DNA from: Microthyrium microscopicum
Lineage: Eukaryota
Assembly: GCA_010405405.1 (NCBI GenBank)
Contig: MU004237.1
Span: 1,561,345 to 1,625,344 of the forward strand
Length of the DNA stretch: 64,000 bases
Direction of reading: 5' to 3'
In this document: one piece after another, positions 41,611 through 55,600 of the stretch
How positions within the stretch are numbered: the first letter of the stretch is position 1
Layout of the letters: the number at the start of each line of letters is the position of its first letter
The notes under the pieces: generated by a model
The model's input: only the letters and a program-made list of their open reading frames with translations
The model's database searches: none
What the model was told of the DNA's origin: nothing
Made by a program: the position numbers and the translations under genes

Positions 41611-42848
41611 TGTGTGTCCATGAGCCCTAGAGTTGATAGAATGTGTTTGAATCCCAAGATCGTGAGCGCAGCGAGTACACAATGAGCAGAGAGCTATACC
41701 CCAGATATTGCGGCTTTAAAGATACCTCAGATGAATCGCCAAGGAATTGTCGACATTAGTATTGATAGCAGCGTTGCATTCTTCTGATCAGGCTGCCCGC
41801 AGCAACAACGAGTTTGGTGGGATACTGGTAAAAGGTAGTGATATCCGATCCGCTGTGCATAATGATCGACGACCAAGAGATACCAGTACCTGCGCGATAA
41901 GAGGCTCGTTCCGCTTACCGAGGGGTTTTTGTCATTGAAAGTACCTGTGCAACTCAGGCCACTGCTATAAAAAATTTAAGTGAGTGTACAGGATTCAGTA
42001 GTTGGATTTGAAAAGCCGATATTAAAGTTGATTTGATAGCTTTACCTGAAAAGCTTATAGTGCGCAAGCTTCTACATTCTCAGCCTGATGAACGGGCCCT
42101 TGTTATACGTTAGTAGATACTAGTCTGTAGCGGACCACTATATATGCAATAACTGAGAAATAGGGGTTCAGTCATTTGTTTGTTGTCCTGAACACATGCA
42201 TTGTACAATGTAAGGGGAGACTCGAGTCTAAAGAATCAATCATAGTGCACAACGACAGACAAAATTGATGACGCGCTTCCAACAGCCTCTTCGACTTTAT
42301 TCCTTACTATTTATTCTCAACCACTACATCCTCTCTTCATCAAATGCGGTGATAGACATCGCGTTTGATGAGTGCGTTTTTGTCAACCAGTTGCGAGCCT
42401 CGAGGCTAGATGCTAGATCTTTCACCGCCTTCATCACAGATCAGACCACGAAAGACAAGTTCTCGACAAATGACTCGGATATCATTATACTAACTACACA
42501 CATCAATGAACAACCTAAATACCAAAAACAAACGAAACTTGGGGTATCTGTATGCACTGTCCTTATCCAGACAACATCTCTTCCAGACTCGAATGCAAAA
42601 ATCCTCGCAGCAATAAGAGCTAAAATAAATAAATACAAGATGGGTATCTATTTCGCACATAAAATGAACAGCGAAAATAAAGTCGAAAAAGTCCCCAAAT
42701 ATTGCAATGTGCTAAAAAAGAACGCCGCGCTATAACGATCGGATTTGCGTGAAGAATTTTGCAAATCAACATGGCAAAAAACAAGGCTTGTTCCATCATC
42801 ATCAGCGTTCATTTCGTGTCTGGCTCAATTCGCTGCTCAAGTGGCCGC

Positions 42849-45800
42849 TCAACGGCTCACGAGCTTCTTCAACCAGCTCTTCTTTGCGCCAGCGGCTGGT
42901 TCTTGATAGTAGTCATCAGCGGGCGGCACACGGCGTGATCCACGGCGCCGCGCTTGTAGTTCTTCGGAGCTTTCTTGATCTCCTTGCGCACGTGCTTCAC
43001 GCTCGCGCTCTCTTCGTCTCCTTCTCCGGTCTTCGCGGCGGCGTTCGTCGCTACCAGATCCAAGAGGGTCTGTTGGGGGATGGTCGGCGATGGGACCGAG
43101 ATCTTCGGGTGGTGCGGGAGGGTCCGAGGTGAGGCTATCAACCCAGGACGATGTTTTGAGTTTGGCGGGATATGGAGTTGGGGAGGTTTTCTCGTCGGCT
43201 AGGTATGGGGAGGGTTTGGATGAGGTGGTGGGTTCTTCGACAAGATTAGATGCACGGCGGGCTTTGCGGTCGTCATCGCGTGGTTTCTCGCGGATGGGGA
43301 TAGTTGTGGAATCGCGTTTGGAGCGGCGTCGTTCGCGATCCCGGTCTTTGTCGCTGTCCATGTAGGAAGAACGGCGACGGTCGCCACGTGGACGGTCGGT
43401 TGCTTCGGCATCCGTAGTATCACGGTATGATGACTTGCGACGTTCGGCGCGAGGAGGAGAAACAGGGTCGTCGTCTCGATAGCTTGACTTGCGTCTCTCA
43501 GTCTTCGGTCGCTCATCACGATCGGTCTCTGGGAAGTATGAAGATCTGCGTTTCTCTTCGCGAGGTTTGGGCGAGTCGCGGTAGGTCGCATCGCGAGTTG
43601 TTTCGCGTTCGCGCTCCTTGCGACGTTGTCTCCGCTCTTCGCGTTCAGCTTCACGGGTAGCGTCAGCTTTACGCGCGGCCTCTTCATCATCCTTGCGACG
43701 ACGGTCTTCGCGCGCAGCACGGCGAGCTTTGCGATCTTCATCTTCTTGTCGAGCGCGCTCTTCTTCGCGGTCGCGGCGGTCTTTGTCGGCAGTGGCAGAC
43801 TCCTTTTCGCGACGCTTGGCGCGCTTCTCACGGCGTGCATCGTCTTCGTAATCGGTAGCACCGGCAGGCGCAGCGTCGGTGGTGAGTCCATCATCCTCAA
43901 CTGCACGTCTGGAACGTCTCTTTCGTCGGCGGTCTTCATCTGCAGCATCAATGCCCTTGGATTTGCTGCTGCGCGGTGTTGGATCAAGAACTGGATCAGA
44001 ACGACGAGGAGTAGCGTCCTTGGTGGACTTGCTCCGGCCTAGACCAAACAGACCCATGACGCCGCCTGCTCCTGACTTTTTCGGTGTTTGTGAGAGGGTA
44101 GCGGAGCGCTTGAGTTGTCCAGGGCGACGAGGAGAGTCGTCAATGGGAGCGGAACGAGGCAAACTCCGAGGAGGATCACTACCGTCAGGCTGGGTATCTT
44201 GAGTGGATGCGTCCTCGGTAGGAGCAGTAGATTTACGGCGGGTCGATTTGGGAGAGGATTTTATAGGAGTATCGTTGACAAGGTCATCGTCGAGGTCGTC
44301 TTCATCACTGTCGTGATCGCTGAGGGCATATGGATCCAGAGGAAGGGGAGCTGCGGGGAGGTTGGGGTCAGCATGATTTCCAGACCGTAAGATTGGAACG
44401 GGGAAGGCGCGCCCCGGGGAGTACCGGGGTTTAGCCGAGCGTGGCAGGAACAACTTACCAGACGTTGATTTGCTCCTGCCGCGTTGGGGCGCAGCTCCTG
44501 CAGAGCGAGCGGTCAGACCCATGACTTTGGCCGCCTTTGCAGGCATCTTCATGTCCTTGTCCTTTGATGGCAGATCGCCGCCCTCCTGCACGTCGCCCGT
44601 TGCTTTACTTGATTGACGCTTTGACTTGGTTCGCGTTGGCAAAGCCGTTGGTCCGAAAAGTCCAAAAGTCGATGCTCGCTTCGGTGCTGCTGGTTTTGAC
44701 GACTTCTTCTCTGTCTCGGATTTCTTGCCTTCAGTATCTGATGCTGCTGTCGCTGTCGGCTTGCGTGCTCGTCGAGCTGCAGTTGGCGAAGTGCTTTTGG
44801 CTGGCGTCGGCTTGTCTTCAGTCTCCTTGTCTTTTGTCTTGGATTTGGACTTTGTAGGTCGCGGTGTAGCAGGGAAGAAACTGCCCCAGCCACCAGTTGA
44901 ACCGCGTACAACCTTTGGCCGCTCTTTCTTGCTCGATGAGACCTTCGCTGCGGGTGCAGGAGGAGGAGTAGGGGCTTTCGCTGCGTCTGCGTCGACTGCA
45001 GTTGTGCTTCCGGAGCCCAGAGTAGCTGGAGCGTCCTTGTCTTCTGTCCCCTTTTCAGTATCACTGCCGCTGCTGTCGTCGTCGCTGTCTTCTTTCTTGA
45101 CGTCTTTCTTGGGAGTTGTCTTTGCTTTGACTTTGACAGGTTCGGCAGCTTTTGAAGATTTCTTGACGGCGGCTTTTGGAGTGGCTTTCTTGGATTTGAG
45201 GGCACTTTTCATCTTAACAGGTTCAGCAACAGGAGGTGCAGGTTCGTCTTCGGCTTCAGAGGGCAAGGGAGATATTTTATCGTCGTTTAAATCAATGAGG
45301 AGGTTGTCTTCTTCGTCCGACTCTGGGAAACTACCTGGAACAGGCGAAGAAGCTTTGGCCTTTGATGTGGATGGCTCGAGCTTGGAGGCGTTTTTAGACT
45401 TGGTTTTGGAGTCTTTCTTGCCAGCTGTCTTCTTGTCGGCGGCAGGCGTCGACTTTTTACTACTCTTGGAGATTACACGAACCAGCGACTCGGCCTCTGA
45501 CTCCTCTGCGGCGGGTTCATCGGGTTCTGACTCTTCCTTGACCTGATCAGCCTCCTTTTTGGACTTTGATTTGGACTTGGACTTGGATGGGGTGGCGTCG
45601 GCATCGTTGGCATCTTGCAGTGCTTTTATACGGTCTGCAACGCTCGTCTTTGTAATATTGGCAGCTTTTGCCTTTGCTGACGAGGCTGTTGCCTTTGAGT
45701 TTACGGGTGGCTCGGGCAGGGGATCCTGGTCGTTGTCACTCGTTGTTTCCAGCATCTTCTGCGCGCCATTCTTGCTTCCAGCCTTCCCACTGGCTACCTT

Positions 45801-48800
45801 GCCAGCCTTGACCGCTTTAGGCTTAAGCCCAAATTTGGACCAGGCTTTGGTGGCTTGGTCGTCCTCCTCCAATTCAGCCAACAGATCTATTGCCTTCTTG
45901 GACGTGTCGGCGGCCTCATCTTCCTCCTCGTCCATGTCCCAGAGTGACTTCTTCTTGGTCTTTTTCTTGCTGGCCTTCTTGGCCGCTTCCTCTTCGGCCT
46001 CTTTGAGAGCTCGTTCGCGCTCCTCTTCCTCCTCTTTTTCTTTGGCAAGGAGATCTGCTTCCGCTTTCTCGCGTTCCAGGCGTTCCTGTTCATCACGTTC
46101 TTCCTGCTCTTTGCGATCTTTGGCTTCTTTCTCCTTGCGTTCTTTTTCTTTCTTGAGACGTGAAGCAGAGGTGGAAGTTGGAGTGGAACTGCGACCAAGC
46201 ATGCCCCAGATAGAAGTGGCCTTGACCTTTTCCTTGCTCTTGGAGGACGGAGTAGTTGACTTTGGTGGTGGAGGCGGCGGAGGAGGTGGTGGGATATCAT
46301 CAGCATCAGGTTCATCTTTCTTGTCATCGTCGTCCTTGTCGCTAGCAGGTTGCTCATCTTCAGGTATCGGTTCATCCAGAATGCTAATCAATGTGTCCTT
46401 GCTCTTCTTCTCTTCCGTGGCCGATTTTTTACTTTTCTTCAACTTCTTGGGCTCCTCAACAATTTCAACAACCGGATCATCTTCCTCCACAGCCTTCTTC
46501 TTGCTCTTTTTGAGCTTCTTGGGCTCCTCCACAATCTCAACAATCGGGTCATCTTCGTCTTCCACAGCAGCAATAGCTCTGGATTTTGATTTGGACTTTG
46601 ATGCCTTCTCCTCCTTTTCCTTCTCCTTCATCTTTTGTTTACGCAATTTGGCTCTAGTACTGCCATATAACTCCGCATCATTCTCCTCCTCAGACTTGTG
46701 CTCTGACACATCCTCAACCTCGTGTACTGGTAAGTTGTCATCGTCATCTTTGACTTCCTCAACCGTAGATTTAGACTTCTTTTGACTTTTCTTGGACTTC
46801 ATGCCAAATTCGGCCCATTCGTCTTCATCTGTAGCTTTGGCCTCGTCAACATCCTCAGGAATCATGACTTTGGCATCTTCCTCGCCCTTTTTCTTTTTCT
46901 TGTCCTTGGACTTTGAGCCAGTGATGGTGAGTGCCCAGTCATCGTCCTTCTTATCGGAACTGGCTTCAGACGCGATGGAGTTGCGTTTCTTCTTCTTGTC
47001 GGATTTGGATGGGAATGGATCACCCCATGCGTCGTCAGGATTGTCAACAGAATCCAGAAAGTCCTTGACATCTTTATCACCCGTGTCGGCATCGGCTTTC
47101 GCCGCCTCTGCCTCCTCTTTGGCCTTGGCTTCCTCAGCTTTGCGATCATCATACTTGCGCTGGGCCTTTGTTTTCTTGAGACCCTTGAGCTTTTTGATTT
47201 CATCAAGCTCTGCTTCGTCACGCCGCTGCATCTCCTCTTCCTCTTCTTTAGCTTTGGCCTCCGCTTCAGCTTCCGCGGCAGCTTTGGCAGCCTCTTCCTC
47301 CTCCTTGGCCTTGGCATCTGCTTCCTCCTTGGCTTTAGCTTCTGCCTCCTCTTTGGCCTTGGCTTCTTCAGCCTTGCGCTCATCATATTTGCGTTGAGCC
47401 TTGGTTTTCTTGAGACCTTTGAGTTTCTTGATTTCGACGAGTTCAGCTTCATCGCGAAGTCGAGCTTCCTCTTCTTCAGCAGCTTTTGCAGTGGCCTCAG
47501 CATCTTCATCATCCTCTTTCTTGGACTCGGCTTCTGCGTCAGCTTCAGGCTTAGGTTCGGGATTATCTTCCTTTGGATCCGCATCGGCTTCGACATCTTT
47601 ATCTTTCGAATCGGCTTTGGCGGCAGCTTCTTCCGCTTCCTTGGCCTCCTTGTCTGCGGCTTCTTGAGCTTTGCGTTCTTCATACGCCTTCTGAGCCTTC
47701 TTGCGTTTAGCGCCAGAGAGGACCTTGATGGCCGCAAGTTCTTCCTCATCGCGCTCTTTCGATTCCTGTTCGGCTTTGGCAGCAGCAGCGTCAGCTTCGG
47801 CTTTAGCTTCCTCAGCTGCTTTCTCAGCTGCAGTATCTGCTTCTGCGGCTGCGTCGGCGTCTGTTTTGGCCTTTTCTTCCGCTTCAGCCTCCTTGCGCTC
47901 ATCGTATTTCTTTTGCGCGCGCTTCTTCTTGGAGCCGGTGAGAAGTTCAATAGCCGCGAGCTCTTCTTCGTCGCGTTGTTTAGCTTCATCCGCTTCGACG
48001 TCTTTTGTGGGTTCGGGCTCGGGCTCAGCTTTCTCCGCCTCTTCAGCCTTGTCTGCAGCTTCAGCTTCCTTGCGATCATCGTATTTCTTCTGCGCACGCT
48101 TCTTCTTAGAACCAGTGAGAAGCTCGATAGCCGCGAGCTCGTCTTCGTCGCGTTGTTTAGCTTCGTCCGCTTCAGCGTCCTTCTCGGGCTCAGGCTCGGG
48201 CTCTGCTTTGTCTGCCACCGCAGCTGCTTCAGCCTCTTTATCTTCAGCTTCCTGAGCTTTGCGATCGTCGAATTTCTTCTGTGCGCGCTTCTTCTTGGAA
48301 CCAGTGAGAACTTCAATAGCCGCGAGCTCCTCTTCGTCCCGTTTTTTAGCCTCGTCGTCCACGTCGGCATCTTTCTCGGGTTCAGCTTCAGGAACGGCTT
48401 TGGCGTTCTCTGCCTCTTCAGCTTCCTTGTCTGCGGCTTCTTGGGCTTTACGGTCGTCGTATTTGGCCTGTGCACGGCGTTTTTTGGATCCATTGAGAAG
48501 TTCGATGGCAGCAAGCTCGTCCTCATCGCGCTTTTTAGCTTCATCATCCGCATCTGCCGTAGCGTCTTTCTCGGGTTCAGGCTCAGGCTCAGGGGCAGCT
48601 TTTTCCTTTTCCGCTCCTTCGGGCTCTCTGTCTGCTGCTTCCAGGGCTTTGCGGTCGTCGTACTTAGCCTGAGCGCGGCGTTTCTTAGATCCAGAAAGGA
48701 GTTCAATGGCGGCAAGCTCGTCTTCATCGCGTTTTTGGGCTTCCTCATCAGCTTCCGCTCTGGCGTCATTTTCGGGCTCAGCTTTAGCAGTAGCTTCGGC

Positions 48801-51800
48801 CTTTTCCGCTTCTTCAGCTTCTTTATCAGCAGCTTCTTGGGCCTTGCGATCATCGTACTTGGCTTGCGCGCGCTTCTTCTTAGAGCCTGTCAGCTTGCTG
48901 ATAGCCGCGAGTTCTTCTTCATCGCGCTTTTTGGCCTCGTCTTCTGCTTCAGCATTGGCGTCTTTGTCGGCATCAGCTTCTGGCTCGGCTGATTTGTCGT
49001 CCGATTTGGATTCAGGCTCGGCATCGGCGTCAGCTTTGGATTCGGCTTCTTCCATTTCCTTGTCGAGAGCTTCTTGCGCTTTACGGTCGTCGTATTTCTT
49101 TTGAGCCTTCTTCTTTTTGGATCCAGATAAGAGTGAAATAAGAGCGAGCTCTTCGTCGTCGCGATCCTGGGCATCCTGCTCGGCCTGAGCTTTCGCATCA
49201 GCATCGATCTCTGGTTCCTTTGATTCAATCTCTGCTTCAGCAGCTGCATCACCATCAGCTTTGGCTTTGGCTTCTTCCTCTTCCTTATCAAGAGCCTCTT
49301 GTGCTTTGCGGTCGTCGAACTTCTTTTGGGCACGTTTCTTCTTGGATCCAATCAGGGTGGCAATGACTGTAAGCTCGTCCTCATCTCGCTGTTTAGCTTC
49401 CATTTCGGCCTGAGCTTTAGCGTCCTTTCCAGAAGAATCGTCAACGGCGGCGCCGTGCTCAGCATCATCTTTGGCGTCTTCATCAGGTAGAGCCGCATCT
49501 TTCGCTTTCGCTTCTTCCTCTTCCTTGTCGAGTGCCTCTTGAGCTTTACGATCGTCGAACTTCTTCTGGGCTTTTTTCTTCTTGCTACCAGTCAAAGAAG
49601 CAATGACTTCAAGCTCAGCTTCATCCCGCAATTTTGCCTCCTCCTTAGCCTGTGCTTTTGCATCATTGTCTGCATCGGCTTGGGTATCGGCAACAGCAGC
49701 ATCAGCTTCAGCCTTTGTATCAGCCTCCTCTTTTGCCTTGGCCTCGGCCTCCTCTTTCTCTGCCAATTCCTCTGCTTTCCGATCGTCAAATTTCTTTTGA
49801 GCGCGCTTTTTCTTCGCGCCAGTCAACTTGGCAATCGCCGCTAATTCATCTTCATCTTTCTGGCGTGCCTCTTCCTCAGCTTGAGCCTTCGCTTCATCGT
49901 CGGCGGTGGTATCAGGTTTGACGTCGTCCTCGTCCTTCTTCTTTGATTTCTTGTCAGATGAAAACGAGTCCCAGAAATCATCGTCAGCCTTCTTGTCCTC
50001 CTTGCCCTTCTTTTTCGATCCTGAGAAGCCGCCCCAGATATCGTCGTCTTCTTTCTTATTGTCGACTTCTTTGGCTGCTTCAAGCTCAGGCTCATCCCAA
50101 GCAAATGCAGACTTCTTTTTCTTCTTGTCTTTGGTGCTCTTTTTGGATGACGAAGTGGCAGTGGTCATGGCGTCCCAGTTGTCATCGTCAGCTTTCTCGG
50201 ATTTGGCAGTGTCGGCTTCGGTGTCGAGAGATTTCTTCTTCTTTTTTTTGCTGGCAGATGAAGCGACGGTCATGGCATCGTCGTCCTTCTCAGGATCCTC
50301 AGAGGCCGTGTCCTTCTTGCTTTTCTTTTTCTTGCCAGAAGATGTGAAGCTAGCCCACATGTCGTCCTCTTCCTTCTTGTCTTCGGGCTCTTTCTTCGTC
50401 TTTTTGGTTGTTTTGGAAAAGCCGCCCCAGGCGTCATCTTCGGCGTTGTCTTTCGTCTCATCTTTCGTCGCATCGTCGTCGTCAAAAGACCAGGAGGACT
50501 TCTTCTTCTTGTCGGCCTTTGGAGATTCTGCCTCAGGCTCTTTCTCCTCCTCAAGTGAATCGATGCCCCAGATGCTTTTCTTCTTCTTTTTCTTCTCCTC
50601 CTTAGGTGACTCGGCTTTGGTGTCGGCATCTGGCTTGTCGTCGTCAAAACTACCAAGACCATATAGACCACCATATTTCTTTGTCTTTTCGGATTTTGGC
50701 TCTTCTTCCACAGGATCCCAGAAAGACTTCTTCTTGGGCTTTGTAGTATCTTCAGTGGAGCCGCCCCAGCCGCCCCAAGTGTTGAGCGGTTTGATGTCCC
50801 CGACTTTGTCTTCTTCTTCATCCATGTCAGCCCAGGATTTCTTCTCGTCTTTTTTGTCAGAAGAACCCCAAGAGAAGCCAGTCGATTTCTTTTCGTCTTT
50901 GGATTTGAGACCTTCAGAAAGCAGCGAGGTGTTCTTCTTTGGCTTGGAACCACCCCAGCCGCCCCAAGAGTCATCCTCTTTGGACTCTTCCTTCTCGTCG
51001 TCTTCGTCAAGATTGTCTAGAGAAGAGAGACCCTTCTTCTTCGTAGTGGTTTTCTTTTTGGCCATACCCCAACTCGTCCACTCCATGTCATCCTCTTTTT
51101 TATCCTTGGTGCCGCCTGAGATTGGAGGCGGATCGTCAATTTCCGTGATGCCAATAAAGCTCTTGTTTTTCTTGTCTTTGCCCCAGATGCTGTCGGTCTT
51201 GTCGGTCGCTCCGAGGTCGAAGCTGAGCGAAGACTCATCCTTTAGCCCAAAGTCGAAAGAGCTGTAGTCAGCAGAAGATTTCTTCTTCTCTGCCTCCTTT
51301 TCTTTCTCCTTCTCCTTTTCCTTGTCTTTGGAGCCAAAGCCAAATCCCAGGCTAGACCCAAGAGATTCGAAGCCCCAGCCACCGCCTCCTCCGATTCCAA
51401 GGTTCCCAAGGAAATTCTTGCTGTCGTCTTTCTTCTTGTCGGTATCCAGGTCGAGGTTGAGCATGTCGTCATCTTTTGAGGCCTCGTTGTCGAGAGAAAC
51501 ATCTTGAAAGCCATCATCGTCCTTGGTAGAAGCCTTGATAGCGCGTTAGACAATTGCAAATCTTCATAAGATGTAAAGATAAACACACCTTTTGCTTTTT
51601 GCCTTTCTTGGTCTTCTTTGCCCCAAAGCCCGACCATTCATCACCATCATCGTCGGCGCCAATACCAGCATCAGCCCAGACATTAGTGAGATCTTCATCC
51701 TTCTTGCTCTCTTCTTCCTTCTTCTTGTCTTCTTCTTCCTTCGACTTCTTCTTCTTCTTCTTTCCAAAGCCTGGTACACCCCAACCATCATCGTCGCCAG

Positions 51801-52641
51801 CGTCCGTCTTCTTCTCGGCTTCATCAGCTTCTTTTTGCTTGGCCTCTTCATCCGCCTTCTTGTCTTCCTCTTCTTGTGCTTTCTTGTTCTTCTTACCTTT
51901 CTTCGTCTTCGTCGTCGCAAATGCACCCCACGCATCGTCTTCTTCTTCTTTCGTTTCGGGTTCGGGCTCCGGTTCGACGTCCTTCTTTTTCTCATTACCT
52001 TTCTTGCTACCAGACCAGCCCCAAGCATCATCTTCATCTTTCTCCTCGGCTGGCGGGTCTTCTTCCTCTTCTTCCTTCTTAGCAGCAGCTTCAGCTTCAG
52101 CATCAGCCTTCTTCTTTGCTTCCTTCTCCTTGGCACGCTTCTTCTTCTCCTTCGCGGTTAATCCAAAGCCCCAATCCTCTTCCTCCTCCTCTTCCGGTGG
52201 ATCGGCAGCAGCGGCTTCTTCTGCTTCTTTTTTCTTTCGTTCTTCCTCGTCTTCTTCTTCCTGCTGCTTCTTACTCTTCTTCTTACCTTTCTTCTTACTG
52301 CCGCTCCAATCGTCATCCCAATCATCATCTCCACCTTTGTCGCCATCGTCCCCTCCACCGGCACCAGCAGCATCTCCACTGTCACCGCCGCCATTGCCTT
52401 CATCGGCGGGAGCATCATCTTCCTTCTTCTCCTCATCGTCATCTCCGAATTTGGATTGCAGTGCTTTTTTTTGAGCTGCTTTGGCCTTCTTCTTGGCGTG
52501 TTGGCGTGCACCGGGCACATCCTCTGACTCGGAAGACGAGGTGAGTGGTAGTAGGAAAGACAAGGATATCTCCTCGCTCAAAGAAAGATTTGCTGTGGCC
52601 ATATTACCGGTTCCGCTGTAGTCGGTTGGCAAGTAGTCCAT
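42849..52641 (-). CDS. Giant (~3,200 aa) low-complexity Lys/Glu/Asp/Ala-rich protein with Trp-Gly motifs and 13 internal repeats; introns 51534-51588 and probably 44351-44458; true 5' end may lie further upstream
   Basis: ORFs 51514-52641 and 42849-51464 join in frame through a GT-AG intron (KKQK-ASTKDDDGFQDVSL). The frame then stays open for more than 8.6 kb. Confidence 0.8.
47130..49900 (-). repeat. 13 copies of a ~31-aa coding repeat, consensus AKxRDE(D/E)ELAAIxxL(T/S)GSKKKRAQKK(F/Y)DDRKA, with variable acidic spacers
   Basis: Counted directly in the 42849-51464 translation. Confidence 0.9.
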
Positions 52642-55600
52642 GGCGTCTTCATGACGCGGAGGCTTCGGTAAGGCGGGGTCGGAGGGTGTTCTGGGTAGTA
52701 ATAGTTCCTTGAGATGAATAGGTAAGATAGGTATATGATGCTGTAAAGCTCGTTAGGTATGACTATCGTGGAATGAAGTTGGAGGTGTAGCACAACAAGA
52801 CGCCACTGTTGGCAGCAAGCTAATGGTCGTCGGGTCGGATCTGGTCAATTGACTCGCGACCACTCAATGATGGTCAGGCTATGATCCACTATCACGGACC
52901 ACCACACATGCAAAATAACCCATTCTCAACAAGTGGCAACCATTTTATGCATGGTATACCGTGAGACGGTACCAAGAATCGAAACAGTAGAATAACTAAG
53001 GGAACTAACATGCAACATACCTCAAATTGCTTTGGACGCATGCATTTTCTTGTCGTCGTTAAGGACGCTGAATTCTTCCTCTGCTCACGCAGACCGCCCA
53101 AGAGCAGTTGCGCTGCGGCCACAATGCTTTGCAGTCGTTCATCATCCCACTGGGTCTTCTCTCCAGTATTTCCACAAACGGCATCGCTCGCGCTGCGCTG
53201 CGCGACCGCTGCTGCCATGTCTATCTTTCGTCCCTGATTGTGATGGTATACGGGGCAACAAATCGGTAAGGGAGGACGAGCGCATTGGATTTTGGCGACC
53301 GGTAAAAGGGCGAGAATTGACCGCGATTGAACTGGGTAATAACAGCTTTGAGTAGATCTGACAGGCTTGTGCAAACAAGCGTAGTGGTGGTAATCGAAGA
53401 GGAGGGGTGGATGAGTCGGAGGTCTTTCGGCGCTGAATGTGGTATTGTGCGACGAATCCTCTCCTAGCCTTTCAGACTGCTAGAGAGAATATGAGGGCGG
53501 TGAAATCTGGATCGCAATGGGTACCAGTAGGAAACGTTGTTCTGGCGTACAGATCAAGAGAGGAGAAAAATGTAGAGCCCACAACACGCAGAGATGGAGT
53601 AGAGCGCTGTGTGCAGTTGAGTGGTGGATCCCTGGGAAAATGTTGCTTTTGCTGGCCAGTATCAACACCAGTCAGTCGCAAAGGATCCCCCTGCTTAGCC
53701 AGGACTCTTTCAAGCGTAAAAGGCTAGGGCTTCCCGCGAGCTCGGTGTGCATACGCTGGCATACAATCTGCATCGATAAATGCTTAAAGCAAGCTGGCCA
53801 GCTTTAGACCAGTTCACGCGAAACACTTGATGTCGTATGCCGGGACGATCACCCCTTCAGAGGAATTTTGGTGTGCCTCCGTGCCAAATGCGCCCACTGA
53901 TGTCAATTGCGCAAAGATATCGAGCCGAATGACCCTGGCGGTGGAGGGATTGAGGGAGCACTGGGCACCTGCTGTCGATAAGCGGATTGGCACGACTGGA
54001 TAGGCGCAACAGAAAGCCTGAGCAAGGGTGTTTAACCCAAGCCACCACAGAAATCCTCGAATTTCGTCCTCGTGGTGCTCGTTGGACGAGGGTGGTGTGG
54101 CACTATGATGCAAGGCTCGCTTTAAACCGGTTGTGTGGATTCAATTGATTCATGAGGCGACCACTTATTATATCGAAGTGTGCAAAGTACTTGGCTTTCT
54201 GCCAATGTCGGGGTAGAAAAGGAGCCTCTGCTGCAGCGAACGACTTGCCTCTTTGGAGCGATCATTCAATGTTCCTTTTTTTCTCAGCCTGATTGTCGCG
54301 TTCGCGTCTTCTCCCGACGACCTGCATATCGGCGTCCCATTTCACTCAATGTGTCTTCCGCCTCTGCAGCTTGACGTGCGCATTGGGAACTTTCCCCTGG
54401 CAGTTGTCAAGCCAACGTAGAACGGATTCACGTGTCTCAAACCCAACTCCAGCGGCTTACTTTGGCTTGTCAAAATTTCATAAAAGCTCGCAGAATCCGA
54501 AACAGTTCTGTGTCAAAACTTCGCCGCTACCAAAAATTGCAAAGCAAATATCTCCGTAGACCCGACTGGTTCCCTCAGGTTCCGAATAGCCAAATCAGAA
54601 CCCTAGTTTCCTCGTGCTAACTAGGCAAACCAGCGGGAGCAGCGGGCCCATCCGTCGCAATGCCGATTCTGCCATGGTCACGATTGCAGAATGAGCGCCT
54701 AAAGCGGATACAACACCACGCGCTGCCCAAGAATAGATAGCGCGACAGTATAATCAGCCTTGTTTACGCGATCGAGTTGCGGCATCGCACAGCAAAGCCG
54801 GAGCAAGTGGTGCAAGCCTAACGTCGACTGCGCAGACGACTAGACAGCGCGCGTTTGATTTGGTGTGTTGTACCTGTGAAGCACCCAGTACGATGCAGTG
54901 GTGAATGCATTCGTTGTCCTGTGTTACGCTGGCCCGCAGCGTCGTGCTGTATTACTGCCCAACGAGGCCCAACTTGATTTCAAAAGCAGCAATGACTTTC
55001 CAGAAACAACAATATCTTGTGTTTCTCTTTGTCGAGCAAAGGTTGTCGAGGCATCCAGCAGGTCTCACCGCTTCTCTGGAGTCCTGGATCGCACCAGAAC
55101 ACATAGCCAATCAGACAACAGCCAATTTCAAGCTGCAGCAATCCAACAGCTTGGACCGGTTAGGTTAAATCAAAATATATTAAAAAGGCCCTTGCTTGAT
55201 GCAGCCTTTCGTTAGCCGTCTCGCTCAAAGCTGCAAAGTTTTCTCCCTGGTCGACAATCATTCCGAGGATGGTGGGAACGATGATGGGCGTGCTCCTTGT
55301 GTTCCTCTCAAGGCCTTGACTTTGCAGCCCAGAGGTTGATAAAATGATAGATCAGGGTCTGGTCGTTGGCAGAAGATGTCGACATCAACGACTTCCAGGG
55401 CCAAAAACCTTGTATTTTTCATGCGTGCCAAGGACCAGGGACAGCTTCGAATGCTGATGCTGGAGTAATGACAGCATGAGAGCATGCTGTGAAGTCTCCA
55501 CTGGACTTTGTCGGGCTGCGGGCGCCTTCGGAATCAACAGCATATTGATGCAGAGCATACTGCCGAGGTGGATGTTGAAATGTCGCTGCAAAGGGTCACG

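Noticed and set aside
42975..52544. Many long plus-strand and alternate-frame ORFs (e.g. 45559-46785, 47394-48992, 49906-51267, 46862-48853)
   Set aside because: Shadows of the low-complexity minus-strand gene; Ser/Phe/Leu-rich antisense translations with no independent signals.
52892..53374. ORF containing MAAAVAQRSASD... as an upstream exon of the giant gene
   Set aside because: Plausible, but I could not establish a convincing donor/acceptor pair linking it in frame.
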